Assembly (NCBI GenBank): GCA_033442325.1
Contig: JAWQFM010000013.1
Coordinates: 1,024,885-1,088,884, forward strand
DNA length: 64,000 nt
Reading direction: 5' to 3'
From: Salpingoeca rosetta
Lineage: Eukaryota > Protista > Choanoflagellata
Shown: in pieces, positions 1 through 25,941 of the stretch
Numbering within the stretch: the stretch's first letter is position 1
Layout: each line of letters begins with the position of its first letter
Made by a program: the position numbers and the translations under genes
The notes under the pieces: model-generated
The model's input: only the letters and a program-made list of their open reading frames with translations
Told to the model about the DNA's origin: nothing
The model's database searches: none

Positions 1-396
1 CACACACACACACACACACACACACACCACGCACCAATGTCAGTCATGACTGCGCTTGCTGTCTGTTGCTTGCTGTTGTTGGGCTTGTTGATTTTTATGG
101 TGTCGCACAACCGCAAACAACTCCACAACAACCAACCAACACCCACGCTCACACGATGATGTGAGATGTTGTGTCACAATCATGTCATCACACACATGCT
201 GGAAGAACAAACAAACAAACGCACAGCCGCGCATCGTCATATCGTCATGGAGCGGTTCGTAATGTAACACGCATCGCAGGCAACCCAAGCACAACCCAAG
301 TGTGCGCTGAACACGCGCGCCAACCCGCCGCCATGGCACAAACGTCGTGCCACATCACAACGTCGTGTCAGCCATGAGCAACCACTGGCCCATCGC

Positions 397-1112
397 TCAC
401 TTGAGGAGGGCAACAAGAAGCTTCTCGTAGTCGCCAGAGCAGTCGTCCTGGGCCAAACACAGAGGCGCGCGATACGCCGCAAGCACAGCGTACAGGCAAA
501 AGGCCATATGAGGTGACGGTTGTGTTCAAGTGAACACGTGAACCAGAGAGCGGCGACAGCGCAGGATACCACCACACTTGCCCCAACGATAACAACCACG
601 AAAGCGACAACAACGACAACAACGACAACCACTGCAACGCACCTTGACGGCTGCAACAAGGCTCTTCTCGTACTCGTCAATGTACGCCTCGGCAATGTCG
701 GCGAGATCCTTCTCCGAACTGATGTAATTCGTTAAAATAAAAGAGTGACATAAAAACGCGGAACCAAAGGAGAAGGTTGCATGAATGAGTGCAATTTGTT
801 CGCGTGAAAATATGGGAGTAATGCTTCACGGAGCGCGCGCGCGCGTGTGTGTGTGTGTGTGTGTGGTGCACGAAATCGCCACAACGGAGCGAGGGTCAAG
901 CAAACAAGCACGCAAGCAAACAAACAAACAAGCAATTAAGCAAGCGCACCGGGAGACGATGATGCGGATCAGGGCGTCGTCGTCCGTGCCAGCGCCCTAT
1001 CACCACACACACACACATGTCAGCGACGATACAGTAAACGAAAAAGATGATATCTTCCTGATGCAGAGTAAGGCGAAGGCAGACGGGGCTGCAAGTCTCT
1101 CTCTCTCTCTCA

Positions 1113-1181
<69 letters not shown>

Positions 1182-1367
1182 AACAAAGGGTAGCACGACA
1201 CAACCTTGATGGCGCGGTGGAGGCGCTTTGCAAAGAACTTTGGCGGGTTGCGTGCGCACTCGAGAACAGCGAGGAAGGCAAACTCCAGGTCGCCGCTCAT
1301 CTCCTTCTTCACGGCCTTGGACAGGTCGTAGTCGCTGATGCCCCGGTACGCCTCGCACACCGCTGCA

Positions 1368-1453
<86 letters not shown>

Positions 1454-1795
1454 TGTGTGTGTGTGTGTGTGTGTGTNNNNNNNNNNNNNNNNNNNNNNNN
1501 NNNNNNNNNNNNNNNNNNNNNNNNNNNNNNNNNNNNNNNNNNNNNNNNNNNNNNNNNNNNNNNNNNNNNNNNNNNNATGCATGGGATCGCGGCGCTGTTT
1601 GTCCTGCACGCGAAGCAAAGACATGGCAGCAAGCAAGACACAAACGCACATCGGCCTGGGCCTTGTCCTCGTCCACTTCTTCCGACTCGTCGCGGTTGCC
1701 CTGACAAAAGAGATTGGCGTAGATTGGTCCACGGGATCGCGTGAGCATTAGGGACGGGCCACACAGGGGAGGGAAAGGAAGTCGACACAGCGAAA

Positions 1796-1854
<59 letters not shown>

Positions 1855-2333
1855 ACACACACACACACACACACACACACACAACTCAAGCATGCACACC
1901 TGGACGAGGGAGACGAAGATGCGTCGGAGGTGGCCGCCGGTCTCGGACATGATGTCCTCTTCGAGATCGTCGCCATCAAACTTCTCCTTGTACGCCTCAC
2001 GGATGGCGGCAATCTTTGGGGAGTGCATAAGGGACAGATGCATGTGAGCATGCATGTACATGACTGAGCATGGTGATGTTCATGGTGTCATAATGCTGCG
2101 ATCTTTGCTGTCGCATTGGTTTGGGTTTGCTTGCATGCAAGCACGGAGCGGGCTATTGTACCTCTTCGTTGGTGCGGGAGGCGAGGATCTCGGCAATCGT
2201 CTCCTCGTCCGTGCCAGCGCCCTGACGTTCAAATCATGTTACCATCACCACCAACAAGAATAAGAACAAGAACAATAACAAGAACAAGAAGAAGAAGAAG
2301 AACAAGAAGAAAAAGAAGAAGAAGAAGAAGAAG

Positions 2334-2385
<52 letters not shown>

Positions 2386-2412
2386 GCGACAACAACAACA
2401 ACAACAACAGCG

Positions 2413-2445
<33 letters not shown>

Positions 2446-2463
2446 ACAGCGACAACAACAGCG

Positions 2464-2520
<57 letters not shown>

Positions 2521-2538
2521 ACAGCGACAACAACAGCG

Positions 2539-2596
<58 letters not shown>

Positions 2597-3474
2597 CTAC
2601 AAGAACGACAACAACAGCAACAACCATTACCACCAGCACACGCACCTTCATGGCCTGGCGAAGCTCCCAGGCATCAAGCTCCGCCGGCGGGCGCAACATT
2701 GCACGCACAGCATCCTCCAACTTGCCTCCAAGCTCTGTGAAAGAGGGGAGAGGAGGTTTCACAGGGAGGATCAAGACAAGGCAAGTGACAAGAAGGGTGG
2801 CAAGAGGGAGAGAGAGAGAGAGTAAGTGTTTCGATATGGGTGGAATGGAATCGAGTCGAGTGTCCCACGCTGCGTGCAAGCCATTGCTTGACCAGTGCGT
2901 TTTCCTCGCGACCCGCAAAGCCATGCCGGGCGTACCAGACTTGAGATCCTTGACGAGATCGCGACCATACATGGTTTTGAAGGCCGCACGGAGCTCTTGA
3001 CGCTGTGCATTGTCGACGCTGGTCAAGATCTGTACAAGCGCCATCCAAGTTGCAAACACACACACACACATAGACACACACACGCACGCATGCACGCACG
3101 CACACATACACAGGTGGTGAGACGAGGACATGGACGAAGCATGCAAAAAGGCAACGCGCAAGCAAGTGTGCTAAGTGTGTCGTGTTGCACAGCACCTCAA
3201 TGATGGTGTCCTCATCCGTGCCAAAGCCCTTCATCGCCTTGCGCAGATCCTGGTCGTCGGGTATGTGTGTGTGTGTGTGTGTGAGTGTCGGTGGGTACGA
3301 AGGTCACAATGCATGCTGTCGTTGTCGGCAACCGAGTGACTGAAACGAAAATGCCCGCAATACACACACACACCGACACACACCTACCCACACGCACCCA
3401 CACACACACACACACCATACACACACCTACACACCACACCACACACACACACACAGCATACACACACAGCATAC

Positions 3475-3553
<79 letters not shown>

Positions 3554-3637
3554 ACACGCACGCACGCACGCACAGCATACACGTACCGCAGCAAGGGCTT
3601 CTGCGTCAAAGTCTTCCCGTGGGGTGACGGTGGCCAT
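397..3637 (-). CDS. Annexin (4-repeat core, short N-terminus), multi-exon; part of repeat III probably lies in the N-gap 1477-1576
   Basis: Spliced exons read MATVTPREDFDAEALAA / [17 protein letters not shown] / [31 protein letters not shown] / ELGGKLEDAV..AMK / GAGTDEETIAEILASRTNEE / ..MSETGGHLRRIFVSLVQ / GNRDESEEVD.. / KKEMSGDLEFAFLA..LHRAIK / GAGTDDDALIRIIVSR / SEKDL.. / DDCSGDYEKLLVALLK*. GxGTDE endonexin motifs, GT-AG boundaries, ATG at 3637, TGA at 397-399. Confidence 0.95.
1477..1576. other. Assembly gap (100 N); further gaps at 4999-5098, 26502-26601 and 30082-30181
   Basis: Runs of 100 N, mostly adjacent to (CA)/(GT) tracts. Confidence 0.99.
2254..2620. repeat. Intronic (AAG)n/(CAA)n trinucleotide microsatellite
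   Basis: Directly visible inside an annexin intron. Confidence 0.95.
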
Positions 3638-4294
3638 CTCGATCGATCGACAAGGGTGTTGGCTGTTTGCTTTGCTTTGCTGGTTGGTTGTCTTGCTCGC
3701 GTTCCAGTGGAAAATGCAAACAAAACGCTGGTGGTTGCCAATTGCACTCACACACCCATGTACAATTTGCAACGTGTCCCCTCTGGACCACAAGCACTCC
3801 CACAAGCACAGCAGCGCGCTGTTTTGTTTGGTGTGTGTGCGTGTGTGTGCGTGTGTGCGTGTGTGTTTGCAGTCCGCAGCGAGTTGTTTCGTTTGTCCTC
3901 TCCCTCCCCCCCTCTTCTCTCTCTGGCGAGCGGACACACGTCGACGAGGTTCCCTTTCGTTTCGTAGCCACAAGCACGCACGCAAGCGGACACACCGGTC
4001 AGTCAGTCACCAGTGCCACAAACGGCACCATACGACTGTGATTGACGCACACACGCACACGCAAACAGAGACACTAGACTGGTTGATGGATGAATCAAAA
4101 GGAGCGTTGGTGCTGTTGTCTTGTGCTCATCTAACACACACACACACACACTCACACACACACACATGCATGCCCACACATGCACCACACCACACAACAC
4201 AACACAACACAACACAACACAACACAACACAACACAACACGCGGTGTCCTTCTTCCAGCTGTACGCTGTTGCTTGTCGCCGCAAGAAACCAAGC

Positions 4295-7036
4295 ATGTGC
4301 GACGTTGAGGAGTCGGGGCACCTTCTCCGTGCAGAGAAGGCCATGTCACTGTTCAGCCTCATCACCTGCGCGATCCCGCTCACCGTCATTGCCATCTGGA
4401 AGGACTGGAAGTTCACCCGGTCGCGCTTCGTCCTCGTCATCTGCACCACCAGCTTCCTCAGTGCGTGCGATTACGTTTTTGTGTCGAGCTAGTCCTTGTC
4501 TGTATTTGATCCTGACCACATCGCCGCACATCACATCGCATCGCTATCAGCACCATGAGAGCTCCTCTAACGTCATGTCATGCTGTCGCCTTGCGGGACG
4601 CGTTCCCTTGTGTGCTTTGATGCCAGTTGCGCTGCTGTGGGTGGTGGCGACATTTCACGAAGGCGACGCACATTTCACGGGCAAGCTCACATGTTTCTGG
4701 CGGGCCACGCGCGAGCTCTTTGTCTGGCTGCTCTTGACCGAGCTGACCGCCATCATATGGTTCACCATCTACTCTGTGAACATCTTGGCGCCCATCTCGC
4801 GCCACCTGGAGGCTGCCATGCATCTTGGTTGTGTCCTCGTCGCCTTCCTCGTCTTTGGTACGTCGTGTACACGTGCGTGTGTGTGTTTGTGTGTGTGTGT
4901 ATGCGTGTTTGTGTGTGTGTATGCGTGTTTGTGTGCGTGCGTGTGTGTGTGTGTATGCGTGTGTGTATGCGTGTATGTGTGTGTGTGTGTGTGTGTGTNN
5001 NNNNNNNNNNNNNNNNNNNNNNNNNNNNNNNNNNNNNNNNNNNNNNNNNNNNNNNNNNNNNNNNNNNNNNNNNNNNNNNNNNNNNNNNNNNNNNNNNNGC
5101 GTGTGTGTGTGTGTGTGTGTGTGTGGTGGCGTGTGTTTTGGTCATGCCTTGTTTCAGAAACATTTCCAATTCCATTCCCAATCGTTCCGCCAGTGCCCGC
5201 CTTCTTACCCCTCAACAAACCATCCAACCATCCAAACAACACCACTCATCGTCCGCATCCAACCAACCACGCCCCCACTCGCGTTGTAGGGCTGTCCTTT
5301 GGGCTGTGCAAGAAGCGCGGTTGCTACACGGAGGATTGGCCCACGCAACTCATTGTGGACTGCCTCGACCTCGCCATCCGCTTCTCTTACGCCCGCAATC
5401 TGTACATGTTCTTCCCGCTCGTGCTCTACTGCTGGATGCTTTATCGCATCCACACCCAGCGCGCCGTCCTCAAGCAGGCCGAGGAGCAGTTGCAGGTGCG
5501 CAGACAGAAGAGGAGGCGGGGGGGGGGGAACGGGAAGGGAAGACAGCGAGAGCAGAAATAGGGGGAGGGGGTGTCATGTGTTGGCTTTGGGGGTTTCTCT
5601 GACTGTGTTGGACCACATTGCGTGTTGCTGCTGTTGTGACATGTTGTGAAAAGTTGTGCTGTTGGAATTTGTTGTGTTAAATCGTGCTGATGTACAAGCA
5701 AGCTTGCTCCGTCTCTCTCACGAGCTCATCACCACCTGCCATCATCACTGACGGGCCCACCAGACCTTCCAGCACCTGCCGCGTCCCGAGAAGCTGCGCA
5801 ACAAGAAGATGATTGAGCTGCGAAAGGACATTATTCGCGGCGTGTATCAGCCCTTGCGCGTGTACCCGCTCTTCTTCGTCCTCTTGCTCGTCTCAGACCT
5901 CATCAAATACTTTGCGGTGCGTATCTGTTTGTTTGTTTGTTTGTTTGTTTGTGTGTGTGTGTGTAATATGCGCGTGAATACTTGTTTGTTTGTGTGTGTA
6001 CTTGCGTGCGCGTGCGTGATTGTGCGTGTGTACGTTTGTGTGTGCGTGTGTGTGTGTGTGTGCGTGCACGTACATGATTGTGCGTGTGTACATTTGTGTG
6101 TGCGTGTTTGCGTGTTTGTGTGTTTGCGTGTTTGCTTGTTGGTTGGCGGCACTTTGTTGTGCTGTTCATGTGCAGCGCAGCGCGTACAACCTTACACCCA
6201 ACACCCCGTCTCATACCATCCTCACCACCGCCACGACCACGCTGGCCACGTTGCATCACCAGTTGAAGCACGACACACTGCAGTCGATGTGCGCCGCATA
6301 CGAGTACACGGAGACGCACCTGGAGGTCGCGCACACGGTGTGGATCACCTTCAATGGTCTCGGTATCCTCATTGTCTTCTTCTTCGACCCACTCAACAGG
6401 TGCTGTTGAGTATTAGGGGATGGTGGATGGTAGTGGTGGTGTGTATGTGCGGTGTGTATGTGCGGTGTGTATGTGTGGTGTGTATGGTGTGTATGTGCGG
6501 TGTGTATGTGTGGTGTGTATGTGCGGTGTGTATGTGCGGTGTGTATGTGCGGTGTGTATGTGCGGTGTGTATGTGCGGTGTGTATGTGTGGTGTGTATGG
6601 TGTGTATGTGCGGTGTGTATGTGTGGTGTGTATGTGCGGTGTGTATGTGCGGTGTGTATGTGCGGTGTGTATGTGCGGTGTGTATGTGTGTCCTCATCCT
6701 CTGGCATCGGCTCACTGCCTGGTTCTTGTTCTTGTTCTTGTTCTTCTATTCTCCACCACTACCATCCAACCAACCCACCAACCAACCGCCATCAGGCAAC
6801 GTCTAACGCCGTCGTCGCTGCGCAAGCGCTTCAAGTCCATCAAGGGCCGGCGTGTGCGCATTGCCCTCACCGAGAACCAGGAGCACACCGTCACGGCGTG
6901 GTCCACAGACACAAAGGTGCCATGTCGCCCGTGCTGCTGTAGTTTGTTGTTGTGTGTGTGTGTGTGTGTGCGTGCGTGCGTGTGGTGTGTGGTGTGTGGT
7001 GGTGGTGGTGGTGGTGGTGGTGGTGGTGGTGGTGGT

Positions 7037-7073
<37 letters not shown>

Positions 7074-7409
7074 GCTTGCTCCTGCTCGCTGGGGCTTGTC
7101 AACAACATGTGATGAATGCGTGCATGCGCCGTCACAGTCTCGCTGCTGTCCACCCCTCACACACTGTCCACGCATGCCCTTTTGTGTTCTTCTTCTGTTT
7201 GCCTAGCACTCGGACTTGCACGCACCGCTACTTGCAGACGACAGAGAGTTAGTAATTCTTAACCAAACACATTCAACACACACGCACACGCACACACACA
7301 CGTGCACACACACGCACACGCGTACGCATCCTTTTCACCTCTGCTCGCCGTGTTCAATGCTGTCTTCTTGCCATCCCATCCATTGCTCACGTATGCATCA
7401 CCGCCGTTG

Positions 7410-7451
<42 letters not shown>

Positions 7452-7611
7452 GTGTGTGTGCTTTGGGTGAACTTCAGCCCTGTCAAGGTTGCTCCGTCTC
7501 GCAAGCGAATGTACGTCCACGCATGCCACCCTCCCTGCATGTGCTCTTTCAAACACACGCAAACACAAAAACATGATCATCGTTTGCCCCCCTCCCACAC
7601 TCACAAACAAA

Positions 7612-7677
<66 letters not shown>

Positions 7678-9226
7678 ACCGCCGCCATGCCCTCACGCCA
7701 ACCGGTGGCGTCGACACAACAGGAACACGGGCTTCGTGCGCAAGCGCTACAGCGACAACTTTGACGACCTTGAGGAGGGCGACGAAGGCGAGGGGGCTGA
7801 CTACGAGGCGCAGTGGGGTGAAGTTGAAGACACCCAACACCAACACGAGCACGTGAACGGCGGCAGCGCGACTACTGGACGTGCGGTCCGGTTTGCCGAT
7901 GAAGGCAATGACAATGATGGTGGTCCTGGCGATGGTGGCGATGGCGTTGTTGATGCGGGCGTGTCGTTCCAGATTGGCGGCGGCAAGCGGCGGCAGAAGA
8001 GAAATAGCGGTGCTGGCGGCGGCGATAGCAGCAGTGGTGGCAATGGGCAGGGGGGCGAGGAACGCGCGCAGCACGCGCGTGCCGGAGCGGAAGGCGGGGA
8101 GGGCGAAGACAGCCGTGATGTTGACGCCTTGCTCAGCGCATACGATTACGAGAACATTGTGACGTACGAGGACCTGCTTCGAGTGCAGGAGTATGAGGAG
8201 ATGATGAAGCGCAACACACCGGCCCCGCACCACAAGCGCAGGCAGACCACGCCTGTTGGGCAGACACAGCCATACAAGGCGCGCCCGGACGGCGTTGGTG
8301 GCGATGGCGGCAGTGATGTAGCGCCTAGCAAGGGCACATCGCAAGCAGGCCAGCGGCGCAGCAAGGCGCAGTCTGTCTCGTTTGGAGATCTCAGTGCACG
8401 CGCGTCGGAGGAAGCAGCGGACGCATCTGCCAGCCAACCGCCACACGAGCAGCAACAGCAGCAGCAACAGCAACAACAACAACGACAGCAGCAGCAGCAG
8501 CAAGCGCAACAAGAACAGCAGCGAAGGGAAGGTAACAGTGGCGATGGTCACGCGAAACAGGCAGGCAAGCCGGGCAAGAAGACAAAGAAGGCGGGCCGGC
8601 GCGATGGGGAGAAGCGCAAGTCGCAGGAGTGGAAGACAGAGGCGTTTGACAGGCAGGAGGACGCGGTGCTGGTGTCGCTTCCCAAGCCGGGCGCAGAGGG
8701 CTTTCTCCCGCCACGCCGCGACAGTATCATCACCCGGAAGAGCCACATCATGCGTGACTCGTCCCACGATGGCGACACCACCCCGGCGCAACCGAGCGCT
8801 GCCACGGAGACAGCAGAAGCGCCCGTGTCACTGCAGGAGCGCGTGGAGAAGGAGGAGGAGAACAAGGGCGGCGATGGTGGTGAGGCAAGGCTACCTTCAC
8901 CACCAGGCACGCCCCCGCCCATCCCGTCTGATGACGACGACGATAATGATGGTAATGGTGGTGATGGTGATGGTTGCAGTGACACTGCGGCTGTTGCGGG
9001 GGAAGACGAAGCAGAAGGGAGGCCAACGACAAGCGGCAGTCTTGAGCAGAGTGTGTACTATGATGCGTCCAGCAGTCTGGCCAGTTCGCTACAGTCGCCA
9101 GCGCGGACAGGCGATGGCCATGGCAACGATCACGACAATGATGCTCACGAGGATAACGGCGAGGATGATGATGAGTTCAAGACAGCCCTCACGGTGTTGC
9201 CGTCCGTGCACGAGCAAGACAAGTAG
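4295..9226 (+). CDS. Seven-transmembrane GPCR-like receptor (cAMP-receptor/GCR1/GPR157-like layout) with a ~500-aa low-complexity cytoplasmic tail
   Basis: Phase-consistent exons 4295-4460, 4627-4857, 5290-5495, 5764-5916, 6176-6399, 6796-6916, 7238-7251, 7478-7510, 7723-9226. About seven hydrophobic segments, Cys before TM3 (LTCFW) and in ECL2, TM6 'YPLFFVLLL', TM7 'FNGLGILIVFFF'. Family assignment is by motif resemblance only. Confidence 0.7.
6440..6690. repeat. Intronic 13-bp minisatellite (TGTGCGGTGTGTA)n
   Basis: Tandem 13-mer with variants, directly visible. Confidence 0.9.
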
Positions 9227-9329
9227 CTGTGTGATGAGAGAGGGCGAGAGAATGAGAGAGTGAGAGTTTGTGCGTATGTGTGTGTATGAGTGTGCGCGCA
9301 TGAGTGTGTGCGCATGCGTGTGCGCGCAT

Positions 9330-9368
<39 letters not shown>

Positions 9369-9918
9369 CTCTGAATGAGTGCCAGGTGCGGACCACAGCT
9401 TTGTCACCACCCTGTGGGCCTTTTTGTTACTCCCTCAACTGATGGCGTTTTGGTATGCGCGTTGCGTGTGCACTTGTTTTGCTGTGCATCAAATGGAAGT
9501 TGCCGTTCTTGTTGCCGATATTCTGTGTACCACCTCTCGCATTGTGGTTCCTGTTTCTTTGCTCCCCACCATCAGAGCGTGTTCCTTCGCCCCCCCACCG
9601 TCTGTTTGTTCAAGCGTTTACCATTCGTCCCAGTTCAGTTCAGTTCAGTTCCAATTCTTTCTTTCTTTCTCTGTGTTTTCCGCGTGTGAATGTCATTGTC
9701 AAATCATAAATCAACCCCGCTTGTTCCTCCTTCTCTTTTCCATTCTTGTCTTGATTCCAGACAACCAATACGTGGCATTAGAGCGTGGGCACAAACAAGA
9801 AGAGGGAGAGAGGGAGAGAAGTGGTGGAGAGACAGCAAGAGCGCAGACACACAAGAGTGAGAGATATGCTGTGACACTGCAACCACCACCACCACCTCCA
9901 CTTGTTATGTTACCGAAG

Positions 9919-9949
9919 AATTTTCAGTGAAAATTTGCATGAAATTTCC
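9919..9949. promoter_or_regulatory. Palindromic AT-rich element upstream of IleRS (AATTTTCA-G-TGAAAATT) with overlapping ATTTGCAT and a further TGAAATTT
   Basis: Perfect 8-bp inverted repeat at 9919-9935, ~155 bp upstream of the ATG at 10090. Resembles the yeast RRPE motif. Function is inferred. Confidence 0.35.
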
Positions 9950-10089
9950 CCAACCATCATCGGTGGTCAACTGCACGTGATTGAGTTGTTGTGCTTTGTG
10001 TGCATGCATAATCCTTGTGGACTGCTGTCTCCAACCCACCCATCACCACTTACCCATCCGAACCACACCAACCGAGTTCAAACACAACC

Positions 10090-20618
<10,529 letters not shown>

Positions 20619-20844
20619 GAGAGAGCGCGCCTCCTGCACATCTCCCAACAGCGGTAATCTTCTGTTTGGCTTGCTTGCTTCTCCCAACCTTGCTCGTTGC
20701 CCCACAGCCGTGTTTTTGTGTAAGTCTTCTAGTAAATTTCCGAAACACAAACACAATTCACATCCAGCACTGATTTGACAACAAAAGCAACAAAGAAGCA
20801 AGCGAAGCAAGCCAAAGCACACCGTCCGTCCTCCATCCCCCAAT

Positions 20845-23704
<2,860 letters not shown>

Positions 23705-24433
23705 ACCGGCACCGTTTGCGCCTCTGGGCATTCCGTGTTGTATTTCACAAGCACTCTGCTTTGTTCGCCCGTTTGTTGCTTTGCTTGCATGCATGCGCCC
23801 TGGCCATGGCCGCTGTTGTCACATCATGTCAAGACGTGTTACCGCAGCGGCTTGACGATTTGCAACGGCCTGGTTCGTTGTTCTCGCCTCAAAGGAGTAA
23901 ACCAGTCGTGAAGGAAATCACAAAGCCCGCAGTCCTGTTACGTCACACACGTGCCCTCGCGTGTACTTTGGTTGTTGAGGTTCGGTTGTTCGGTGTATTG
24001 TGTGAGAGCAATGTTAGGAGGAGCAAGCGGTGGTCAAAACAGCCTGCCGTCGCCACAATCACAACACGGAGCACAAATGCACGACCACATCACCGTTAGG
24101 ACAGAAGAAGCAGCGAAACAACAGAACAAGGCACCCGTTGGGGGAGGGGAAAGTTGGATACAGTGCGGGGCAGGGCAGCAGGAACAACAGGAACAAAACA
24201 GCAGAAAGCAAAGGAGCAAAAGATCAGCATCCAACAATCAACCAATTGCAGGTGGCGCGCATTTCCACAACAAGAAGCACAGACAGTGGCCACAGTCGCA
24301 GGAACAGCAAACAGTGTTAGGGAGGACGGGGTTAGGTGGGAACAGAAACGTGCATCGCACGATCATCACTGCTTTCTGTGCAGTGGGCACATATGCCGGC
24401 GGAAAACATGCGGTATTCCGTCAGCAAAGCCGC

Positions 24434-25941
24434 TTAGACGGACTCGACGGCGGAGGACGAGGAGGAAGAGGCGTTGGCGCGGTGCTTGGCGAAGAAGACG
24501 CCACCAACAACAGCGCCGACAAGCAGCAGCGCGCCAACCACAATGCCGGCGATGGCGCCCGCAGAGAGGCCTGCAGCGGCATCCCCAGCACCAGAGGCGC
24601 CAGAGTTGTTGTCGGCGTAGGCGTAGTCGTTCTTCGTCGTGTACTCGTTCTTGGGCGCCTCGTAGGCCGTCGTGTACTCCTGGTGCTTGGTCGTGTACAC
24701 GGGTGGCTTGGTCGTGTACACGGGAGGCTTGGTGGTGTACACGGGGCGTGTGGTGTACACGGCCTCTGTCGTGTAGACGGGTGGCTGCGTGGTGTAGACG
24801 GGTGGCTGCGTGGTGTAGACGGGGCGTGTGGTGTACTCCTGGTGCTGGGTGTAGCGTGGGTAGGCGGGCTTAGTGGTGTACTCCTGGTGCTTGGGTGCCT
24901 CGTAAGCCGTGGTGTACTCCTGGTGCTTTGGTGCCTCGTAAGCCGTCGTGTACTCCTGGTGCTTTGGTGCCTCGTAGGCGGTGGTGTACTCCTGCTTGGG
25001 TGCCTCGTAAGCCGTCGTGTACTCCTGGTGCTTTGGTGCGACGTAGGCGGTCGTGTAAGCCTTCTTGGGTGCCTCATAAGCCGTGGTGTACTCCATGTGC
25101 TTGGTGGTGTAAGCCTTCTTGGGTGCCTCGTAAGCCGTGGTGTACTCCTGCTTGGGTGCCTCGTAGGCGGTGGTGTACTCCTGGTGCTTTGGTGCCTCGT
25201 ACGCCGTCGTGTAAGCCTTCTTGGGCGCCTCGTAAGCGGTGGTGTACTCCTGGTGCTTGGTCGTGTACTCCTGGTGCTTGGGCGCGACGTAGGCAGTGGT
25301 GTAAGCCTTCTTGGGTGCCTCATAAGCCGTGGTGTACTCCTGGTGCTTGGTCGTGTACTCCTGCTTGGGTGCCTCGTAAGCCGTGGTGTACTCCTGGTGC
25401 TTTGGTGCGACGTAGGCGGTGGTGTAAGCCTTCTTGGGTGCCTCATAAGCCGTGGTGTACTCCTGGTGCTTGGTGGTGTACTCCTGCTTGGGCGCGACGT
25501 AGGCGGTGGTGTACTCCTGCTTGGGTGCCTCGTAAGCGGTGGTGTACTCCTGGTGCTTGGTCGTGTACTCCTGCTTGGGTGCCTCGTAAGCGGTGGTGTA
25601 CTCCTGGTGCTTGGTCGTGTACTCCTGCTTGGGTGCCTCGTAAGCGGTGGTGTACTCCATGTGCTTGGTCGTGTAAGCCTTCTTGGTGCCTCGTAAGCCG
25701 TGGTGTACTCCTGCTTGGGCGCGACGTAGGCGGTCGTGTAAGCCTTCTTGGGTGCCTCGTAAGCCGTGGTGTACTCCTGCTTGGGTGCCTCGTAAGCCGT
25801 GGTGTACTCCATGTGCTTGGTCGTGTAGTCCTGGTGCTTGGGCTGATAAGCCGTCGTGTACTCGTGCCGCTGATAATCGGCAGCCATCGAGCCCGCAGCA
25901 AGCAGCAGGCACGACGCCACCGCAAACACCAACACGCGCAT
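24434..25941 (-). CDS. Intronless Tyr/Thr/Lys-rich tandem-repeat type I membrane (cell-surface) protein; 1-nt frameshift at ~25685
   Basis: Signal peptide MRVLVFAVASCLLLAAGSMA. Repeats YTTAYEAPKQE, YTTKHQE and KPPVYTT. TM segment GLSAGAIAGIVVGALLLVGAVVGGVFF, then a short tail ending AVESV*. The frame switches where TTCTTGGGTGCC reads TTCTTGGTGCC. Confidence 0.85.
24630..25870. repeat. Coding minisatellite built from 21/33/36-bp units
   Basis: Shuffled units such as GTGGTGTACTCCTGCTTGGGTGCCTCGTAAGC; all unit lengths are multiples of 3. Confidence 0.9.

Noticed and set aside
23951-25696. 581-aa plus-strand ORF (LLGCLVSRGV repeats)
   Set aside because: Antisense shadow of the minus-strand repeat protein, which has the signal peptide and TM.
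24630-25870. Repeat array as a CRISPR-like locus
   Set aside because: No unique spacers, units are multiples of 3 and encode a coherent protein, and there are no cas genes.
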